A stretch of 64,000 nucleotides of DNA from an uncultured Gemmatimonadales bacterium. Lineage in GTDB: Bacteria > Gemmatimonadota > Gemmatimonadetes > Gemmatimonadales > GWC2-71-9. Under the pieces are notes generated by a model. The model saw only the letters and a list, made by a program, of their open reading frames with translations, ran no database searches and was not told the origin of the DNA. The DNA lies in contig CAVVKJ010000010.1 in the NCBI GenBank assembly GCA_963748815.1, forward strand, positions 960,001 to 1,024,000, read 5' to 3'. The position numbers and the translations under genes are program-made. This document shows positions 53,114 through 64,000 of the stretch, piece by piece. The number at the start of each line of letters is the position of its first letter. Position 1 is the stretch's first letter.

Positions 53114-53160
53114 GGGAAGCGGGGAAGCGGGGAAGCGGGGAAGCGGGGAAGCGGGGAAGG
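53114..53160 (+). repeat. (GGGGAAGC)x~6 tandem octamer
   Basis: gggaagc, ggggaagc x4, ggggaagg immediately after the cytochrome stop. Confidence 0.9.
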
Positions 53161-53205
53161 AAGATGCGAATGGAAGGCGAGCGCGCAAGGTCCAGCCAGC
53201 AGAAT

Positions 53206-53231
53206 GGCCCCGGGTAGAATCACCCGGGGCC
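53206..53231. terminator. Probable terminator between the convergent cytochrome operon and hsp20
   Basis: GGCCCCGGGT-AGAATC-ACCCGGGGCC followed by GTTT. Confidence 0.7.
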
Positions 53232-53250
53232 GTTTGTCCGTCAGGACATG

Positions 53251-53703
53251 CTACTTGATCAGAATCTTGCTGGTGACCGCCGACGGCACCTTCGGCAGAT
53301 GCACGAGCAGCACTCCATCCTGATAGGTTGCCGTGACGTTCTCCGCCATTGCGGGCGCGGGAAGCCGGATCATGCGGTGGAACTCGCCCCACTCCCGCTC
53401 GGCGTGCAGGTAGCGCTCGGTCGGTTCCGCCCCCGGGAATTCACGGCGACCGCTCAGCGTCAGCAGGGTCCCGACCAGCGTGATGTCGAGATTTTCCCGG
53501 TGGGCGCCGGGCACGTCGAGGCGGACGAGGTACTCCGCGTCGGTCTCGAGCAGATCGAAGGGAGGGAGCCACGCCGCAGGCTCCGCCTCACGGGTCCGCA
53601 GCAGGGCCTCGGGGGCGAAGGTGTTGTGGAAAAGCCGGTCGAACACCTGGTCGATGTCGTTGCGCACCTTGGCCATGACGGGTGCGGCCTTCACGATTCT
53701 CAT
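53251..53703 (-). CDS. Hsp20/alpha-crystallin small heat-shock protein
   Basis: WLPPFDLLET, LDVPG, EREWGEFHRMIRLP, ATYQDGVLLVHLPK. Confidence 0.93.
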   Translation of the reverse strand: MRIVKAAPVMAKVRNDIDQVFDRLFHNTFAPEALLRTREAEPAAWLPPFDLLETDAEYLVRLDVPGAHRENLDITLVGTLLTLSGRREFPGAEPTERYLHAEREWGEFHRMIRLPAPAMAENVTATYQDGVLLVHLPKVPSAVTSKILIK

Positions 53704-53778
53704 GATTCCTCCTGATAGAGACCGTGCCACCACGATAGCATCCCGGCGCTGAAGCCGGTGTGAAGCGGGGTTGAAACC

Positions 53779-54690
53779 ATGGCCACGAAGTTCGCGCAGG
53801 GGTTCTGGCGGCTCGCCGATCCGAAGATTTCGCTCGCCTCCGCCGCCGGCATGCTGCTGGGAGCCTCCTCCGCGGCCGCTGCCGGACCGATCGCGATCGG
53901 CTGGCTCCTGCTCACGGTGCTGGGGATCTTCGCGGTGGAGGTGGCAAAGAACGCCTCTGGAGAAGTGTACGACTGGGACTCCGGCACCGACCTCAAGGTG
54001 CGGGACGAGGACCGCAGCCCATTCTCAGGGGGCAAGCGCGTGCTCGTGGACGAATTGCTCACGCGAGGCCAGACCTGGGGAATCGCCCTCGGCGGCTACC
54101 TGATCGGCGCGGCGGCGGGGCTGGTGATCGTGGGATGGAGGGAGCCCACGGTGCTCTGGTTCGGGATGGCGGGAATGGCCATCGCCTTCTGCTATCACGC
54201 CCCGCCCTTCCGATTCAGCTATCGCGGCCTCGGGGAACTCGCGGTGGCCATCAGCTACGGACCGCTGGTCTGCGTCGGTACCTACCTGGTGCAGCGCGGG
54301 GCAATGCCGATAGAAATCATCCTGCTTTCGCTCCCGCTCGGCATCCTGATCGCCGCTTTCCTCTGGATCAACGAGTTTCCTGACTACTCCGCCGATGCCC
54401 TCTCCGGCAAGCGTACGCTGGTGGTGCGCCTCGGCCGCGCCCGGGCCGCCCGGGGGTTTGCGTGGCTCGGCGTGACGGCCGCCCTGATCCTGGTGTTCCT
54501 GCCGGCCGCGGGCGTTCCAGCGACGGTCTGGCTCGGCGGCGTCGCCGCGCTGCGCTACATCCCGGCCGCACGGATCCTGCTGGCCACTCCGGAGGACACC
54601 TCCCGAGTTATTCCCGCCCAGGCGATGGCGCTGCAGGCCTTCCTGCTCTACGCCGCCGGCGCCTCGGTCGGGATGCTCATCGGGCGGTGA
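53779..54690 (+). CDS. menA: UbiA-family prenyltransferase, MenA-like (DHNA prenyltransferase)
   Basis: YDWDSGTD, SPFSGG, YHAPPFRFSYRGLGE, NEFPDYSADALSGKRTLVVRLG. Confidence 0.8.
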   Translation: MATKFAQGFWRLADPKISLASAAGMLLGASSAAAAGPIAIGWLLLTVLGIFAVEVAKNASGEVYDWDSGTDLKVRDEDRSPFSGGKRVLVDELLTRGQTWGIALGGYLIGAAAGLVIVGWREPTVLWFGMAGMAIAFCYHAPPFRFSYRGLGELAVAISYGPLVCVGTYLVQRGAMPIEIILLSLPLGILIAAFLWINEFPDYSADALSGKRTLVVRLGRARAARGFAWLGVTAALILVFLPAAGVPATVWLGGVAALRYIPAARILLATPEDTSRVIPAQAMALQAFLLYAAGASVGMLIGR

Positions 54691-54792
54691 GCGTTGCCGC
54701 GCTCCACGAAGCAAGGAAATTTCGCCGGCGGTTCACAGTCGTTTCACCCCCTGCGTGCCATCTTGGAGTCGCACCATTCACCAGGGGGCTTT

Positions 54793-55233
54793 ATGAAACT
54801 CGCCAAGCTCAACCCGATCCTCGGCAACGTGGAGAAGATCGATCGCCTGTTTGATCCCTTCCTCACGGGGCCGCTCTTCCCCGAACTCGCGACCAGGGGA
54901 TTCGAAGGCGCCTGGGTACCGACACTGGACCTCGCCGAGAACGACAAGGCGTACATGGTCCGGCTCGAAGTCCCGGGCATGCCGAAGGAAAACCTGGACG
55001 TGAAACTGACCGGTGAAGTGCTGACCATCACCGGCCATCGCGAGGCCGTCAAGGAAGTTCCCGGCGAGAACTTCCTGTACAGGGAGCGGGAGACCGGCAA
55101 GTTCGTCCGGACGATCCGCCTGCCGGCCGCCGTGATCGAGGGGAAGATCGAGGCGCACTACACCGACGGCGTGCTCAACGTGACGCTGCCGAAGGCCGCA
55201 CCGGAAGTGCGGAGCAAGATCACCATCAAGTAG
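54793..55233 (+). CDS. Hsp20/alpha-crystallin small heat-shock protein
   Basis: WVPTLDLAE, LEVPGM, ERETGKFVRTIRLP, AHYTDGVLNVTLPK. Confidence 0.93.
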   Translation: MKLAKLNPILGNVEKIDRLFDPFLTGPLFPELATRGFEGAWVPTLDLAENDKAYMVRLEVPGMPKENLDVKLTGEVLTITGHREAVKEVPGENFLYRERETGKFVRTIRLPAAVIEGKIEAHYTDGVLNVTLPKAAPEVRSKITIK

Positions 55234-55253
55234 GTGATCGCGCCTCGAACGGC

Positions 55254-55286
55254 GAAGGGCCCCGGGCAGAGTGCCCGGGGCCCTTC
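55254..55286. terminator. Hairpin between convergent hsp20 and glpK
   Basis: GAAGGGCCCCGGGCA-GAG-TGCCCGGGGCCCTTC perfect 15-bp stem. Confidence 0.75.
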
Positions 55287-55329
55287 TGCGATTCTGTCAT
55301 TGCAAGGCCACGCAGTGGCCGAAGCCATC

Positions 55330-56811
55330 TCACCCCTCAAACCGCGCCCATGCCAGGGTGGCATGCACCGCCCGCTCCCAGCCGGCACGCCAGGCGTTTC
55401 GGTCCGCCGGAGTCGAGACGGGCTCGAACCGGGTAAACCGCCTCCCCTCCAGAAACTGGTCGGAATCCCTCCAGAGCCCAAGGGTGATCCCCGCCAGCCC
55501 GGCGGCACCGAGCGCCGTCGTTTCGAACATGTCGGGCCGTTCGACCGGCGAGCCCAGGACGTCGGCCAGGAACTGCATGAGCCAGCCGTTGGCGCTGGCG
55601 CCGCCGTCCACCCGCAGGGCCCCCGCCGCGAGGCCCGCATCCGCCCGCATCGTCTCGACCAGTTCGGCGCTGCTGAACGCCATCGCCTCCAGGGCGGCGC
55701 GCACGAGGTGCGCCCTGGTCGTGCCCCGCGTGAGTCCGGTGACGGTTCCGCGCGCCTCCGCCTCCCAGTGCGGCGACCCCAGCCCGACGAACGCAGGGAC
55801 GAAGTGCACCCCGCCGGTGTCCGGCACGCTCCGGGCCAGCGCCTCCGATTCGTCGGCCCGGGCCACGAGCCCGAGCCCGTCCCGAAGCCACTGCACCGCG
55901 GCGCCCGCAATGAAGACGCTCCCCTCGAGGGCATAGGCCGGCTCCCCGCGAGGTCCGCAGGCGGCGGTGGCCAGGAGCCCGTGCGCGGAGTGCGGCCGCT
56001 TCGCGCCGGCGTGCATCAGGAGGAAAGTTCCCGTCCCATAGGTGTTCTTGGCGCTGCCGGCCGTCACGCACCCCTGCCCGAAGAGGGCGGCCTGCTGGTC
56101 GCCGGCAATCCCGGCGATCGGCATCGCGACGCCAAAATGGTCGGGACGGCATTCCCCGCACACCGAGCCGGAGGTCACGATCCGAGGCAGCAGCGTCGGA
56201 GGCACCTGGAAGAGCGTGAGGAGCTCCGGATCCCAGCCGCGCTCCTCCAGCCCGTAGAGCATGGTCCGCGAGGCGTTGGTGTGGTCGGTGACGTGGCTCG
56301 CACCGTCGGTGAGCCGCGCCACGAGCCAGCTGTCCACGGTGCCCGCCGCCAGCTCACCCTGCTCGGCCCGCCGCCGCACCTCGGGATCGGTGAGCATCCA
56401 CTCCAGCTTGGTCGCCGAAAAATAGGGATCGGGCACCAGCCCGGTCCGTTCCCGCAGCATCTCCGCGAGCCCAAGGGCGCGGAGCTCGGCGCAGCGCGGC
56501 GCGGTCCGGCGATCCTGCCAGACGATGGCCCGTCCGAGGGGCGCGAGCGTCTTCCGATCCCAGAGGAGGATCGTCTCGCGCTGGTTGGTGATGCCGAGGC
56601 CCTCGGGCCGCTCACCGGATTGCGCGATCGCCTCACGGCCGGCCTCCAGCGCGCCCTGCCAGATGTCGCGCGGATCGTGCTCGACCCACCCCGGCCGGGG
56701 AAAGTGCTGCGGCAGCTCCCGATAGCCGCGACCGAGCACGGTGCCGTCCTGGTGGATGACCAAGGCCGTCGTGCCGGTGGTGCCTGAGTCGATGGAGAGG
56801 ATGGAGGACAT
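55330..56811 (-). CDS. glpK: Glycerol kinase
   Basis: IDSGTTG, GITNQRET, IVWQDRRT, TDHTNASRT, GDQQAALFG, KNTYGTG, DGGA. Confidence 0.96.
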   Translation of the reverse strand: MSSILSIDSGTTGTTALVIHQDGTVLGRGYRELPQHFPRPGWVEHDPRDIWQGALEAGREAIAQSGERPEGLGITNQRETILLWDRKTLAPLGRAIVWQDRRTAPRCAELRALGLAEMLRERTGLVPDPYFSATKLEWMLTDPEVRRRAEQGELAAGTVDSWLVARLTDGASHVTDHTNASRTMLYGLEERGWDPELLTLFQVPPTLLPRIVTSGSVCGECRPDHFGVAMPIAGIAGDQQAALFGQGCVTAGSAKNTYGTGTFLLMHAGAKRPHSAHGLLATAACGPRGEPAYALEGSVFIAGAAVQWLRDGLGLVARADESEALARSVPDTGGVHFVPAFVGLGSPHWEAEARGTVTGLTRGTTRAHLVRAALEAMAFSSAELVETMRADAGLAAGALRVDGGASANGWLMQFLADVLGSPVERPDMFETTALGAAGLAGITLGLWRDSDQFLEGRRFTRFEPVSTPADRNAWRAGWERAVHATLAWARFEG

Positions 56812-56821
56812 AAGCGTCGGC

Positions 56822-56845
56822 GGGGAAGCGGGGAAGCGGGGACGC
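56822..56845 (+). repeat. GGGGA(A/C)GC octamer x3 between the DMT gene and glpK
   Basis: ggggaagc ggggaagc ggggacgc. Confidence 0.7.
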
Positions 56846-56848
56846 GGC

Positions 56849-57766
56849 TCAGCGCGTCGGCGCGGGGACGGGGCGGGCCGGCGGTGATGTTCTCCGCGAC
56901 AGCAGCACCCCAGTGACGATGAGCACGGCGCCTCCGATCTGGATGGGACGCGGATGTTCGCCCAGCAGCGGCCAGGCCACGAGCATGGCGATGAGCGGGA
57001 TCATCGAATTGAATATGGCGGTGCGGCCGCTGCCGACGACGCGGACCGCGTTGTTCCACAGGAGGTAGGCGACGACGATGGCGAGGAGGGTCGCGTACCA
57101 GACACCAGACCAGGCGCGCACACTCAACCCGCCCCAGTCGAGTCCGATGAGGCCCGGCCCCCCCAGCAGGAGCAGTCCGGGGGCGCCGGTCGCCATGGTC
57201 CACGCCGTGAGCCGCAGCGTCGAGATCCGGAGGCGCATCGCCCGGACCCCCAGCGTGAAGAAGGCCCAGCAGAGCGTGGCGCCGAAGATGGCGAGGTCGC
57301 CCGTCAGCCGGCCGACACCGAGCTCCACGCCCTTCCCTGCCAGGATGAGCGCGACGCCGGCGAAGCCGAGCACCCCCCCGGTCACCACCGGCCGGCGGAG
57401 CGCCTCGATGCCGGTAACGGCGCCGAGGAGCGCCACGATCAGAGGCGTGGTGGCGATGATCAAGGAGGCGTTGGCCACCGAGGTGTGGGTGAGCCCGTAC
57501 ATGAAGAAGACCTGGTAGAGCGTGTTGCTGAGGACGCCCATCCAGACGAGGGTCCACCACGCCTCCCGGGGCAGCGCGATCGACCCTTCCCGCCACCGCA
57601 GCACGGCGAGGAGGATCACCGCGGCCAGGGAGAACCGCAGCCCGGCGAAGCTCATCCCCGACATTTCGGCGAGTGCCATCTTCATGAAGGAGAAGTTGGC
57701 GCCCCAGATGAGGACCACGACCACCATCGCCAGCTCGGCGCGCGCGGCCTGGCGGGTCTCGCTCAC
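56849..57766 (-). CDS. EamA/DMT family transporter
   Basis: IWGANF, about 10 TM helices in two repeats, LLGEHP. Confidence 0.9.
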   Translation of the reverse strand: MSETRQAARAELAMVVVVLIWGANFSFMKMALAEMSGMSFAGLRFSLAAVILLAVLRWREGSIALPREAWWTLVWMGVLSNTLYQVFFMYGLTHTSVANASLIIATTPLIVALLGAVTGIEALRRPVVTGGVLGFAGVALILAGKGVELGVGRLTGDLAIFGATLCWAFFTLGVRAMRLRISTLRLTAWTMATGAPGLLLLGGPGLIGLDWGGLSVRAWSGVWYATLLAIVVAYLLWNNAVRVVGSGRTAIFNSMIPLIAMLVAWPLLGEHPRPIQIGGAVLIVTGVLLSRRTSPPARPVPAPTR

Positions 57767-57887
57767 GCGGACGCCTGATCGCGTCGGGGGCTGCGGGATT
57801 CCGCTCGGACGGGCACGCGAGGCGTCATGGCATTAAAATGCTCTCGTTCCGGACCGTTGGCCACCGCCCTCCAACCCCACCCCACCC

Positions 57888-58670
57888 ATGTCCTACGAAA
57901 CGCTGCTCCTCGACGTGCGCGACGGCATCGGATTCCTCACCGTCAACCGCCCCGACAAGCTCAACGCGCTCAACGACGCCGTCATCGCCGACCTGGACCG
58001 GGCAGTCACGCAGATCGAGGGAGACGACGCCATCAAGGGGGTCATCCTGACCGGCGCCGGGCCGAAGGCATTCGTGGCGGGCGCCGACATCGGCGAACTG
58101 TCAAAGCAGAACCAGATCACCGGGAAGGCCCGCGCCATGCGCGGGCAAGCGGTCTTCCGCCGGCTGGAACAGTGCGGCAAGCCGGTCGTGGCCGCGGTGA
58201 ATGGCTTCGCGCTCGGCGGCGGCTGCGAGCTGGCCATGGCCTGCCACCTCCGCGTCGCCAGCGAGAGCGCCAAGTTCGGGCAGCCGGAAGTGAAGCTCGG
58301 TATCGGCCCTGGCTACGGCGGCACCGTGCGGCTTCCGCGCCTGGTGGGCAAGGGGCGCGCGCTGGACCTGCTCATGACGGCACGCATGGTCGGCGCCGAG
58401 GAGGCGCTGCAGATGGGGCTCGTCAACCGGGTCGTCCCCGCGGACCAACTGATGGCCGAAGCGGAGCAGCTCCTCCGTGGCATCCTGGCCAACGGCCCGC
58501 TCGCCGTCGGGCTCTGCATCGAGGCGGTGGATGCCGGGCTGGAGATGAGCCTCGACCAGGCGCTGCTGCTGGAGGCCAACCACTTCGGCCTGCTGGCGTC
58601 GACCGACGACATGCGCGAGGGCATGAGCGCTTTCCTCGAGAAGCGCCCGGCGTCGTTCCGCGGCAGCTGA
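57888..58670 (+). CDS. Enoyl-CoA hydratase/isomerase
   Basis: NRPDKLNAL, AFVAGADI, GFALGGGCELAMAC, FGQPEVKLG. Confidence 0.95.
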   Translation: MSYETLLLDVRDGIGFLTVNRPDKLNALNDAVIADLDRAVTQIEGDDAIKGVILTGAGPKAFVAGADIGELSKQNQITGKARAMRGQAVFRRLEQCGKPVVAAVNGFALGGGCELAMACHLRVASESAKFGQPEVKLGIGPGYGGTVRLPRLVGKGRALDLLMTARMVGAEEALQMGLVNRVVPADQLMAEAEQLLRGILANGPLAVGLCIEAVDAGLEMSLDQALLLEANHFGLLASTDDMREGMSAFLEKRPASFRGS

Positions 58671-58676
58671 GCCGAC

Positions 58677-59759
58677 GTGCATCTCGACCGCATCGTCCTG
58701 CGGGGGTTCCGTAACCTCCGCGATCTCGACCACCCCCTTCCCCCGGAGGGGGTGGTGCTCCTGGGTCCCAACGCGCAGGGGAAGACCAATTTCCTCGAGG
58801 CAATCGGATACCCGGTGCTCTTCCGAGCGGTGCGCGGAGCGACCGACGCGGAAGTGGCCGGGTTCGGTGGCCCCGGATTTCGCCTTGAGGCGGCATTTCA
58901 CGACGGGGATCGGGACCGCACCGCCGAGGTGACCTACACCGCCGGGAACCGCCGGAAGCGCATCCTGCTGGACGGCGCGCCGGTGGCGCGGCTTTCGGAG
59001 GCGGTAGGCGCCTGGGTCGGGGTCGCCTTCCTCCCGAGAGACGTGGCGCTCGCGGGGGGACCGGCCACGGAACGACGGCAGTACCTCGACCGGATGCTTT
59101 CGCTGGCCTCCGCCGACTACCTCCGTGCGCTCGCGCGGTACCGGGCGGCGCTCGCGCAGCGGAACGCGGCGCTGCGGCAGGGGCAGGAGACGCTGGCGCG
59201 GGCGTTCGATGCCCCCATGGCGGCGGCCGGAAGCGAAGTCACCGCGCTGCGGCTCCGCTGGGTGGCCGGTGCCGCGACCCGGTTCGCGGAAGGGTTCGCC
59301 TCGCTGGGAGAACAGGGGCCGACCGCCCTCTCCTACCGCACCGACGCCGTGCTCGCGGATCCGGCGGGTTGGGTGGACGCGCTGCATCGGGCTCGGAGTC
59401 GTGATCTTGGAAGGGGCATGACCACCATCGGACCGCACCGGGACGACCTGATCATGACCGTCGACGGCCGGTCGCTTCGCGACTTCGGTTCGACGGGACA
59501 ACTGCGCAGCGCCGCGGTGGCGCTCCGGCTCCTCGAACTCGCCACCATCCAGGAGGCGCGCGGAGTCCCCCCGGCGCTCCTCCTCGACGACGTCTTTGCG
59601 GAGCTCGATTCCGACCGCCAGGCTCGGCTGGCCGACCGGCTGCTGGCCCAGCGGGTGGGGCAGGTGTTCATCACCGCGCCGCGGCGCGATGAACTCCCGG
59701 CCGGATTGAACTTGCCGGTCTGGTCGGTCCACCAGGGCGTCGTGACGGAGGCCGCGTGA
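58677..59759 (+). CDS. recF: DNA replication/repair protein RecF
   Basis: FRNL, GPNAQGKTNFLEAI, GPHRDDL, GSTGQ, LLLDDVFAELD. Confidence 0.96.
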   Translation: MHLDRIVLRGFRNLRDLDHPLPPEGVVLLGPNAQGKTNFLEAIGYPVLFRAVRGATDAEVAGFGGPGFRLEAAFHDGDRDRTAEVTYTAGNRRKRILLDGAPVARLSEAVGAWVGVAFLPRDVALAGGPATERRQYLDRMLSLASADYLRALARYRAALAQRNAALRQGQETLARAFDAPMAAAGSEVTALRLRWVAGAATRFAEGFASLGEQGPTALSYRTDAVLADPAGWVDALHRARSRDLGRGMTTIGPHRDDLIMTVDGRSLRDFGSTGQLRSAAVALRLLELATIQEARGVPPALLLDDVFAELDSDRQARLADRLLAQRVGQVFITAPRRDELPAGLNLPVWSVHQGVVTEAA

Positions 59760-60094
59760 GCAGGCGACCAGATCCGGAGGGGAAGAAGCGCCCGCTCGCC
59801 CCGCTGGCGCAGGTGCTGGAGGAGTATCTCACCTCGTCAGGACTCGGGAAGGGTGTGGAACGCGCCGAGGTGGTGCAGCGCTGGCCGGAGCTGGTCGGGC
59901 CGCAGATTGCGGCGGTGACGCAGGCGGAATCGGTGTCGGAGGACGGGGTGCTCCGGGTGCGCGTCGCGACGGCGCCATGGGCAACGGAATTGAGCCTGAT
60001 GACGCCGCGGATCCTCGCGAAGATCAACGCAGGACGGAAGGGACGGATCAACTCCGTCCGCTGGATTGCGGGGCCGCTGGAGCGGCGGGACTGA
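59756..60094 (+). CDS. DUF721/DciA family protein
   Basis: WPELVGPQIAAVT..GVLRVRVATAPWATEL; directly after recF. Confidence 0.85.
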   Translation: MSRRPDPEGKKRPLAPLAQVLEEYLTSSGLGKGVERAEVVQRWPELVGPQIAAVTQAESVSEDGVLRVRVATAPWATELSLMTPRILAKINAGRKGRINSVRWIAGPLERRD

Positions 60095-60122
60095 AGAGCC
60101 GGTCGGGCAAGTGCCCTCGGCG

Positions 60123-60524
60123 CTACGCCGCCGCGCCCGTCCCGTAAATCCCGCCAACCACCGCGCCGTACACCATGTGCCCGATCAGGCTTCCCATCCA
60201 GCCGGCGAAGATCCCCATTCCCATCATCGGCATGACCACCAGCATCGCCATGAGCCACGGCGCGAGCCCGAAGATGGCGCCACGCATCGGTGCCGGGCCG
60301 GGGAGCCTGCCCGCCACGACCGCGTAGCCTACGGCGAGCACCACACCGATCATCAGGTGCGCCATCCAGCCGGCCAGGATTATCCCGCCCATCTGCATCG
60401 CCAGCATGTCCGCCGGGTTCATCGGCGGCATCCCCATCATCGGGGCCACAAATAGACCGACGCCCGTCATCACCAGCGTACCCACGATACCGGCCAGGAT
60501 GGCCTTGCCCCAATTGATCTGCAT
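60123..60524 (-). CDS. Small Met/His-rich four-TM membrane protein
   Basis: AGIVGTLVMT, GWMAHLMIG, GHMVYGAVVG; GGAG RBS before MQINWGK. Confidence 0.7.
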   Translation of the reverse strand: MQINWGKAILAGIVGTLVMTGVGLFVAPMMGMPPMNPADMLAMQMGGIILAGWMAHLMIGVVLAVGYAVVAGRLPGPAPMRGAIFGLAPWLMAMLVVMPMMGMGIFAGWMGSLIGHMVYGAVVGGIYGTGAAA

Positions 60525-60699
60525 GAAATCTCCTCCGGGAGGATGAAGTGACTCGTGTCTCCCTACCAAGCCGGCCCGGCTCGGAATAGTTCCCGAGGCT
60601 GAAGCCACCGGCACGGGAACTATTGTGGGACGCTGGGTGTTTCTTTCTGCATGGCGGGTGAGGCGACGACGTACGAGACCATTTTCGAGGGCGGACGGC

Positions 60700-61080
60700 G
60701 TGACGATTCAGCAGCTAGGTGATCCGGATGTCCCGCCCTGGCCGGAGGTGCTCCGCTCCGCACCGCTGCTTGTGTTGTATAAGCACAGTCCCATCTGCAT
60801 GACGTCGTCCGTGGCGCGGTCGGAGATTCGGACCCTCCACAAGGCGCGCCCGACCCTCCCCATCTACCAGGTCGACGTCATTCGCGAGCGCGGGCTGGCG
60901 CACCGGATGGCTGCCGACCTCCAGGTGCGACATGAGTCGCCCCAGGTGCTCGTGATTCTTGAGGGCCGGGTCGTCTGGCATACCTCTCATTTTGCCATCA
61001 AGGCGGGCACGCTGCTCGCCCAGATCGACCGTGTTCAGCAGCGGGACGAAGCCCCGGCCTCCGAGGCAGTCTCCCGCTGA
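60700..61080 (+). CDS. YtxJ/BrxC-like monothiol thioredoxin-fold protein
   Basis: LYKHSPICMTS, VRHESPQVL, WHTSHFAI. Confidence 0.85.
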   Translation: MTIQQLGDPDVPPWPEVLRSAPLLVLYKHSPICMTSSVARSEIRTLHKARPTLPIYQVDVIRERGLAHRMAADLQVRHESPQVLVILEGRVVWHTSHFAIKAGTLLAQIDRVQQRDEAPASEAVSR

Positions 61081-61661
61081 TGCACGGCTCCGAGCGAGAT
61101 GCCCAGTTCCGCGCCGAGGCCCTCCCCTGCTTCGAGGACGTGGCGCGCTATGCGCTTTCCCTCACCCAGGACCGGGACGAGGCGGACGATCTGACGCAGG
61201 AGACCTACCTGCGGGCGTTCCGGGCGTGGCATCAATACACGCCGGGCACCGGGTGTCGGCGCTGGCTCTTCACGATCTGTCGCAACCATTTCCTCCGGAG
61301 AGAGGAACGGGGGAAGCGGGTGGTGTCGTTTGACGACCCAGAGGTCGAGGCGTTGGCTGCCGCCTCCGTGCACGCCTCGGCGGTGCAGTCGGGTTGGGTG
61401 GACGTGTTCGATCGCGTGGACCTCCGCGACGCCCTGACGAAGGCGCTGGCCACCTTGGCAGAGCCGTTCCGCGAAGCGGTGGTGAGCGTCGACCACCTGG
61501 ACCTCTCCTATGAGGCGGCGTCGGAGCTCCTGGGCGTCCCGATTGGCACCGTGCGCTCCCGGCTCTTCCGCGGTCGGCGCCTGTTGCAGGAACAGCTGTT
61601 GACCTTCGCACGAGACGCCGGCCTGGCCATGGAGCGGCGGGAACAGGGAGAGGGCTCATGA
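61080..61661 (+). CDS. ECF RNA polymerase sigma factor
   Basis: ADDLTQETYLRAF, WLFTICRN, LSYEAASELLGVPIGTVRSRLFRGR. Confidence 0.95.
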   Translation: MHGSERDAQFRAEALPCFEDVARYALSLTQDRDEADDLTQETYLRAFRAWHQYTPGTGCRRWLFTICRNHFLRREERGKRVVSFDDPEVEALAAASVHASAVQSGWVDVFDRVDLRDALTKALATLAEPFREAVVSVDHLDLSYEAASELLGVPIGTVRSRLFRGRRLLQEQLLTFARDAGLAMERREQGEGS

Positions 61662-61927
61662 TGCCGATGGACGGAATGCTCGACTGTGACGCCGTGATGC
61701 GACAGCTCTGGGACTATCTCGATGAGGAGCTGACTCCGGAGCGGATGAAGCAGATCGGCGCCCACCTGGCAGTCTGCCAGCGCTGTTTTCCGCAATACCA
61801 GTTCGAGCGGAGTTTTCTGGACGTCCTGGCCACCGCCAGGCCCGACCACCCGGCGCTGGAACCACTGCGCCAGCGGGTCCTCGCCGCCTTGGAGGCGGAG
61901 GGGTTGTCAGGCGACCTAATGGCTTGA
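61658..61927 (+). CDS. Zinc-binding (zf-HC2/ZAS) anti-sigma factor
   Basis: DCDAV..LWDYLDEEL..HLAVCQRC; soluble, coupled to the sigma gene. Confidence 0.9.
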   Translation: MMPMDGMLDCDAVMRQLWDYLDEELTPERMKQIGAHLAVCQRCFPQYQFERSFLDVLATARPDHPALEPLRQRVLAALEAEGLSGDLMA

Positions 61928-61942
61928 CCCGCAATGGGTTAA

Positions 61943-63946
<2,004 letters not shown>

Positions 63947-63968
63947 GACCCTCCGACCGGGACGGTCA

Positions 63969-63999
63969 GACGCTCCTCGCGCTCCGCGCGGGGAGCGTC
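63969..63999 (+). terminator. Hairpin downstream of gyrB
   Basis: GACGCTCCTCGCGC-TCC-GCGCGGGGAGCGTC; any tail lies beyond the window edge. Confidence 0.55.
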
Positions 64000-64000
64000 C

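Overview
High-GC bacterial chromosome segment. Gene content suggests Gemmatimonadota (inference only). Many single-base frameshifts look like long-read consensus errors, densest at 2.2-6 kb. Left to right: (1) end of an OmpR-type regulator, a P1B-5-type ATPase and a cbb3 oxidase locus (fused ccoNO, ccoQ, P, G, H, DsbD_2/TauE-like gene, ccoI, ccoS). (2) A minus-strand envelope-stress locus: 11 tandem, mostly translationally coupled small membrane paralogs sharing a C-terminal 'ELEERLDFAERLL' coiled coil (PspB-like architecture), followed by a CesT/YbjN-like gene and pspA, behind a TGAAAC-N17-CGTA ECF-type promoter. (3) sdaAB/sdaAA, uvrA, a TPR-macrodomain-transglutaminase-like-ABC operon, lipoproteins and a zinc metalloprotease. 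(4) A ~23 kb respiratory supercluster: ccm genes, hyp genes and a membrane-bound group 1 [NiFe]-hydrogenase, transcribed divergently from a four-gene porin-multiheme cytochrome operon (about 9+20+16 heme motifs plus a beta-barrel), then menA between two Hsp20 genes. (5) glpK, a DMT transporter, enoyl-CoA hydratase, recF, DUF721, a YtxJ/ECF sigma/anti-sigma module and gyrB. The best candidates for undescribed systems are the 11-member PspB-like array and the hydrogenase-linked porin-cytochrome conduit. Product calls come from motif recognition by eye; no database searches were run.
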